From Macrostomum hystrix (lineage: Eukaryota > Animalia > Platyhelminthes), in contig CATNEN010000031.1 of NCBI GenBank assembly GCA_950097015.1, forward strand, positions 558,001-622,000: 64,000 bases of DNA. The letters are read 5' to 3'. Of this stretch, positions 58,008-64,000 are shown piece after piece. The notes below the pieces were generated by a model. That model was not told the DNA's origin. It did no database searches and saw nothing but the letters and a program-made list of their open reading frames with translations. A program made the position numbers and the translations under genes. Position 1 is the stretch's first letter, and every line of letters starts with the position of its first letter.

Positions 58008-61000
58008 TCGACAATAATGACCAACTTTCGAATTCTGCCTCAAGCATGCTCGTAAATTTCTGATCTATGCAACTTGCTTTTTTCGGAAAGAACGTTTAAA
58101 TTCTTATTTTTAATCATTATAATATATATGCAGTTTATTCAAGTGCACTTGTACAGGAAGCGCTTGCGAGAGCCCACGATTATGTCGATTCAGATCTTGC
58201 TGACTCAGATGCCAAAAAAGTTTTATGCAGAGTTCCATGGTTAATTATCTGATCGATATACATGCATAGTTGTTTTTAAAACCGGACAGGAAAGGCATAT
58301 TTTTTATAAATAATTAACGAACGTGCGTACTATGTTCATACACATGATACCACTCGACAGAGTCTGCGCCATCCATCACTATAATCAGTACAAGTGCATA
58401 ATTCGCTTTTGCCGCGATGACATTTTAATCATGCCCTCTGCACGTGCAGGGATCGATGCGCTGCTCAGTGCGCCCTCAATAGTGCAGACTTATATGAATG
58501 CGTGAAGCGGGCCAAGTGGTCAATGCCTGCAAGACGTCCTGATCGAGTTCCTTCACGTGAGAACGATCGAACAACGACACTCCGGAACTAACTTAAGCCA
58601 AACGAAGACGAAGTCGCGGCCTGCGAATTGACTCCCTTGCACCTAGCTAAACCTCAGCTCCCTTAATTCTTTTATCATGGCGCCGCAGAGACCAACATGA
58701 CGATCGGAAGGAATTCACGGACAAGGCTGGCGTGCTGCCATCAAGCTACGTCCAACTTTACAGCTGCCTTCCGACAGGGTTAAAGTGAAGAACTTTAAAT
58801 CCATCCGGCTGTACGGCAATTGGGGCGGCGGTCATTGGGGCGGTCCCAATGACCTAACCATGGAAGAAAAGGATCGATGCAGGCATAGAGCCTCTTCTCG
58901 ATCTGCCCCTTTGACAGGTTGAAGACGCGGACGCGGACGAACAACGCTATACAAAAAGACGCATTAGTCTTGTTTAGTTTTCTAATAAAGAAATATTAGA
59001 AATATCTAATACACAAATCGTACCTTAGTCCAACGGTCCCTAAAAAGAATAAAAAAGGCAGTGGCAGAGTGCCTTCTCTGCCAGGGGAAACCCCATTTCC
59101 ACTGTAAAATGTGTCGTTTAGTAGTCTCTGATCAATGTTGGCTGGCCAGGATATTGTTGGGTTTATGTACGTGTGAGGTTACTGGAAAAATAGACAATGT
59201 ACTGTGAAGTGTATAGTGAAGCTTCTACTGTATAGGTTTTAAAGTTATCCGGCACTTATCTCAACGATTATCACGTAATTTTCACGGGTTTGGTTTGAGT
59301 TCGGTAACCAAGTGCGAGTTCGCGCGAATTAAGGTCCAGAACACTGAAAAGACACCGAAAAGACAAATTTTAGCTAAAAAAAATATTATGGTATAGGTAT
59401 ACTACTATTTAGTATATAAAATCGAGACACTATAATGTCAAACATCTAGTCTAGGCCTAAAAGTGGTTAATTTTTCAATCTACGATAAGTTTTACAAAAA
59501 TAAGGAACATTTTCATTTTATGCTTTCATGAATGTTCTATGCTATGGCGATGTCTAGAAGTGATGTCTCTGAGTCGGAGTATTTTAATGTTTTTTTGAAG
59601 GCCCTTTTTATGTAAATTTTAATATCATTCTATTGCCAGTACTAATTTTCCAGTTAAATCAAAGCAGTTCTTAATATGTAGGCCTACTTAGGCATAAATC
59701 TAAAATAAAAATATGATTACGCCTACATAATCAATCACTAGTTTTTTTATATGTTTCGCGTGTCCCAGAAAATGCTTTCAATCCTAGTTTATTTTCTACT
59801 GAAGTAGGCATCCTAAGGTTTTTGTTTTAATCAGATAAAACCACTGAAGAACTCATTTTTGTGTATAGCCTACCCGGCTAGTTAGGCCTAGGTTCATTTG
59901 ATATTCAAATAAATGGTGAATATTTATATTTGTTTTCTTGATTTGTATGATGGTAGTGTTGGTTTACTCTCTGTGTTTTTTGTTTTTACTCTTACTATAG
60001 TTTCTCATTTTCTCTTAATTTATTTGACTTATTCTACTTATCAAAATTTCATTTCTTTCTTTCACAGTCTACTTGTGATTGACTGGCTCACTATTTTTCT
60101 TTCTTTTGTTTTACCTAGGCCTACCAATCTTTCTTTCTGGCCTATCCTTGTATGTATATATCTCAATATCCTTAACTCGTATTTCTCTTTATTTGTGAAT
60201 ATTCCGCTGGCCTAGGCCTAGTATACCATTGTATAGATCATGTAGCTCATGCTAAGTACATGGCAGCAAAATGTGGAAGGCTAGAATATATCCTAAAAAG
60301 GTTTTTCATGTTCTAAATGAAGAAGTGTCTAACACACTTGTATGTACTTAAATGAAATAATGTATTGGACATCAGCATTTTTAATATATTTTATAAAGTC
60401 TAAACATCTATAGCCTAGTATAGCCCTAGGGCCTAGGCTAGGCTAAGGGCCAATTCTAAAATCTCATCAATGGGTAATGAGGCAATTTCTATTTTTAAGA
60501 GAAACTAGAGGCAGTGCCAATGACTGACTCTTGACTGACAGGTCTTGAGCCCTGGACACTATCTACCAATTGCTGCTGTAGTTTGTCCTTGGCATCCCTA
60601 CCAAGAGCAGAGCAGCTCTCTATAGAACTGCTGATGGTGTGAGCCTGTGTGCCTTAGCTTAGTGCCACCCTCCAGCAGTGCCAGCTGATGCTTGTTGGCC
60701 ATTGGCTCTACAGCTACGACAGAGGGTAGCAAACCCACTGGTACTCACCATGCTACACCAGTGGACTAAGCATCTCCAACCACTACACTGGAATCTGATC
60801 TGCCAAACATTAACTGACCCCAAAATTTTGTGACTGCACAAGTATACTAATCTTTGCATCTTATATATATGTAAATTCACTGTGAGGCCAACCATGTATA
60901 TGCAAACCATATATATCAAATTTGGCAGACAACACAAATGTACCCCCAAATTTTTGGGCATATACTAAATGATCCAGACTATGGCTCAGTCTAAAAGTGA

Positions 61001-63654
61001 TGCTTTTTCTTTTCTGTTTATTGCCATAAAACAATTTCTTATCAACATTAAAGTAAGTTAAGACACTAACCAGTTGTGCTTCCATAATCATTGGTACAAT
61101 AATTATATCACATCACACTTTGGGATCTCTGTTTTCATGCTTTCTTGTCATGTTTCACACAATCAGGCTACTTCTTTTGCACCTGTGTTGCCCATCTACA
61201 TGTTTTTTTAACACTTATTCTGATATTTTCTTACTGGAAATCCTTACATGTACTAATTATGTAAAACATTATATAAGCTATGAGAATGAGCCTTTAGACT
61301 TAAGTTGGATGGCATTTTAGATGCTTATATGCATTTTGTGTATAATTGGGCATTTTTTGTTTTTTTATTTACAATTTTTTTGTTGTATAAGCAGAGATTG
61401 TTTGTGCCTACAACTTTGTAGGTTGGGGTTTGTACTCATAGGTAGGGATATAGCAACATATTTCTATTTTGTATACTAAAAAACAAAAAAGTTTTCTGGG
61501 AATCAAAACTTACTTAATTTGTTACAACCACCATGTTCAGATCAGAAGACTTATTTACTAAAACATTCCACAAGCACTTTAAAGTAGCTATGCTAAGCAA
61601 ATTCTTTTGGGTCCCTAAAATCACCATAGATTAGTAAAAGGCTAGAGCTAATATGATGCAACATTTTTATCTTTTTGGCTTTCATTTAAGTCTCTTGAGT
61701 TAAATCACAGATAAGGCATCGTTGCAGTTATTATATTACTTTTTCAGCTACATTGACTATTAAAAAACCAATGGATCTATTAAAAAGAATAGTTGCTGTT
61801 TTGACAGTGTCACCAATCTCTGTGGTTGCTGTTACAGCTACAGTCAGCTTCATCTACTGGGACACTTCACGCACCTACCGAGAGAGAAAGGCTGGTAAGT
61901 ATGTTTTGTGCAAAAATTCTTGAAGCTTTTTTCACTGTTGTCATTTGGCGTTTACTGTTTACAATTTGGTTTTTTCTTTCCCAGCACACACATCACACAA
62001 TTATTATATCTCCCTCGAACTCTGGTCATAATAATAATAATAATAATAATTGCAGGGTTCATGGGTTAAATTTTCCATCAACCCCATTACCACAAGACAA
62101 TTAATTCTATGCAATAGCTGGGACATGCAATGAAGGGAAATTTTAGGCAATGGCACATCATTTGGTGACACAAGACCCGCAGCTAGCGTAGCGAGGAGGT
62201 AATTCTGAATTGAGCCCAGCACACATGCACACAGATACCGTGCGCAAACATACGCTCATACAGGTGTGTACATCTGCTCTGATTTTCTCATAGTCTGTCA
62301 CTGTACACTGCTCTGGTTGGCCGTAAGGTTGGGCGAAAATGGCACAACGGCCAAGCCTTCTCACCACATGGCTGCGCCACAAAGAAATGTGGCCTCGCCT
62401 CGAAATCGAGCTAAGGGAACTTGGTGCGAGAGTGAGGTGTGTTAGACTGCTTTGCTACTCACCCCCCCTTAAAGAGAAGTCGCGTTTCTTGCTCTTATCG
62501 ATGTAATGAGTTTAGAGGCAACAAGGTGAGCCGCGGCACTTTGACGACGTTTTGATTTATCTCGGGAGACGAACCATGGTGATTAGGCGGATGCTAGATG
62601 ACTTAGCCTGTTAAATTCACTAGAACTTAACCTTATTGAGCACGCCTGGACATGCTGGCAACTCTGTACCAGCTGTTTAACGTGCTGCAGGAAGAATGAC
62701 AAGAGAGTTCAATTCAAGACAATAGCCCACAGATTTCGGACTTAGGGCGCGTGGTAGCTGAGTTAGACAATCGTGAAAGGCAAAACTCTACTTACGAGTA
62801 CTCATGGACTGTTACTTTTTAACCTAGCACCATGTTTTTAGAAGTTTTTAGAACTGCCAGGCCAGGGGCCTTGATACTTTTTAGACACTTTCTAAAATGT
62901 GTCAAGTAGTTTATTTCTAACATTTTGTAAGTGTATGCGTGGGATCGAGCTTGGTATGCATTTTCATAATTTTTGCATTTACTTAATGCTTGGTTACTTT
63001 TTGCAGAACTGGAAGAGACATCTAGAAAGGCAAAGATTGCAAGGTATGTTTTCCTAGTGACTGAAATACGAGTATATTTACATAAAAAAATAGGTTTTCT
63101 ATCGGAATTGTGTTTTTATTCCAGAGAGTTAGTGCAACAACAACAGGCTTAGGCTTCAAATTTGCCGGCTAACTGATTTCCTTTGACTTTACTGTAGCAC
63201 TTGGTTCATGTTTTTTGCTCATTGATACTCATTTTGCCTTTCCTGTTGACTGAAATAAATACCGATAATACTGGCTTTTAGTTCCGAAGGAAATCAAATT
63301 CTCTTTGTACGAGTATGTGAGTACCAATTTCATGATCTTGGTCTTTTAGAATGACATGACACTGATCTGATCTATGTCTATATACTCGTAGATATATACG
63401 ATCTGAAACTTTTAACTAACTGAAAAAATATAATCATAAGCAACACATTTGTCTTACAACTTCGTACGCTGATTTAGTCACACAAATGCTGAATAAAAAT
63501 GCGAAATCCAATTTTTTTGACAAACTGACTCTCATATTACGCGACCAAAATGTCCGAATTCATTTTTTGACAACGCATGGTAATATAAAGGAACTGTTAA
63601 TTAACTTTAAACAATTATATTAGGGCTTGAGAAACTATTTTACATTAACGGCGT

Positions 63655-63981
63655 TCAATGGTTCAATTCCGAAAACATGCCCCGCTTAACAAAGTCATAG
63701 TCGGGCAAATCACCAACTGGTCCGACGGCGGCCAGAGCCGGGCAACGGTCATAAACGTACTGGCCAACCACTTCGGCTAGTGATTCCGGCGTCACCCGCA
63801 TGATGCGCTCCTCCAGTTCTGCCAAAGGCACCCTGCGGCCGTAGCACAGCACATGACGGCCCAGCTCCTCGCAAGCTGGAGTAGTGCCGTCTAGTTGCAG
63901 ATATAGACTTGTGAGTAGGGCATCACGCGTGCAGGCCAGATCAGCCGGCTTAATGCCTCTGGCCAGGTGGCGCCAGTCAGC
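63655..63981 (-). CDS. PMPCB: Mitochondrial processing peptidase beta / UQCRC1-type M16 protein, last exon (gene continues beyond the window)
   Basis: ADWRHLARG...LLTSLYLQLDGTTPACEELGRHVLCYGRRVPLAELEERI...YVYDRCPALAAVGPVGDLPDY matches the MPP-beta/core 1 C-terminus. AG acceptor at 63983-63982. Confidence 0.88.
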   Translation of the reverse strand, partial: ADWRHLARGIKPADLACTRDALLTSLYLQLDGTTPACEELGRHVLCYGRRVPLAELEERIMRVTPESLAEVVGQYVYDRCPALAAVGPVGDLPDYDFVKRGMFSELNH

Positions 63982-64000
63982 CTATTAATTAGTTGCGGTC

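Noticed and set aside
46309-64000. Functional cluster of mitochondrial genes (COQ8 and PMPCB)
   Set aside because: They are 14 kb apart, on opposite strands and separated by unrelated sequence. Two genes is compatible with chance.

Overview
Eukaryotic (metazoan invertebrate) genomic DNA. GC-rich exons with short GT-AG introns sit in AT-rich, repeat-laden intergenic sequence. The style is consistent with a flatworm such as Macrostomum, but the organism cannot be established from sequence alone. Supported host genes: an intronless aquaglyceroporin, a 3-exon RETSAT-like oxidoreductase, a 5-exon SLC26 anion transporter, a 4-exon C2H2 zinc-finger gene, a 5-exon COQ8/ADCK3 kinase and the last exon of a PMPCB/UQCRC1-type peptidase. 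Weaker calls are a secreted Cys-rich (IL-17-like?) ORF and a 4-TM (MS4A-like?) ORF. Mobile DNA: a decayed RTE-like LINE, an internally deleted Tc1/mariner, a tyrosine-recombinase (Crypton-type) element with terminal inverted repeats plus a 240-bp non-autonomous partner, several MITEs with 8-bp TSDs (some nested), a tRNA/CORE-like SINE, and a CsRn1-like Ty3/Gypsy element with an intact -1 frameshift signal but no integrase core. There are three tandem arrays (29, 21 and 40 bp units). The most unusual signals are: (i) strong window-wide enrichment of TA-CGAG-TA/TA-CTCG-TA and TA-GGCC-TA octamers, which look like 4-nt transposon excision footprints, with one apparently caught as a 6-bp insertion in the Gypsy RT; (ii) the TIR-bearing Crypton/mini-element pair; (iii) a RETSAT intron built from tandem copies of its own splice donor; (iv) all four SLC26 introns flanked by CAG|GT direct repeats.
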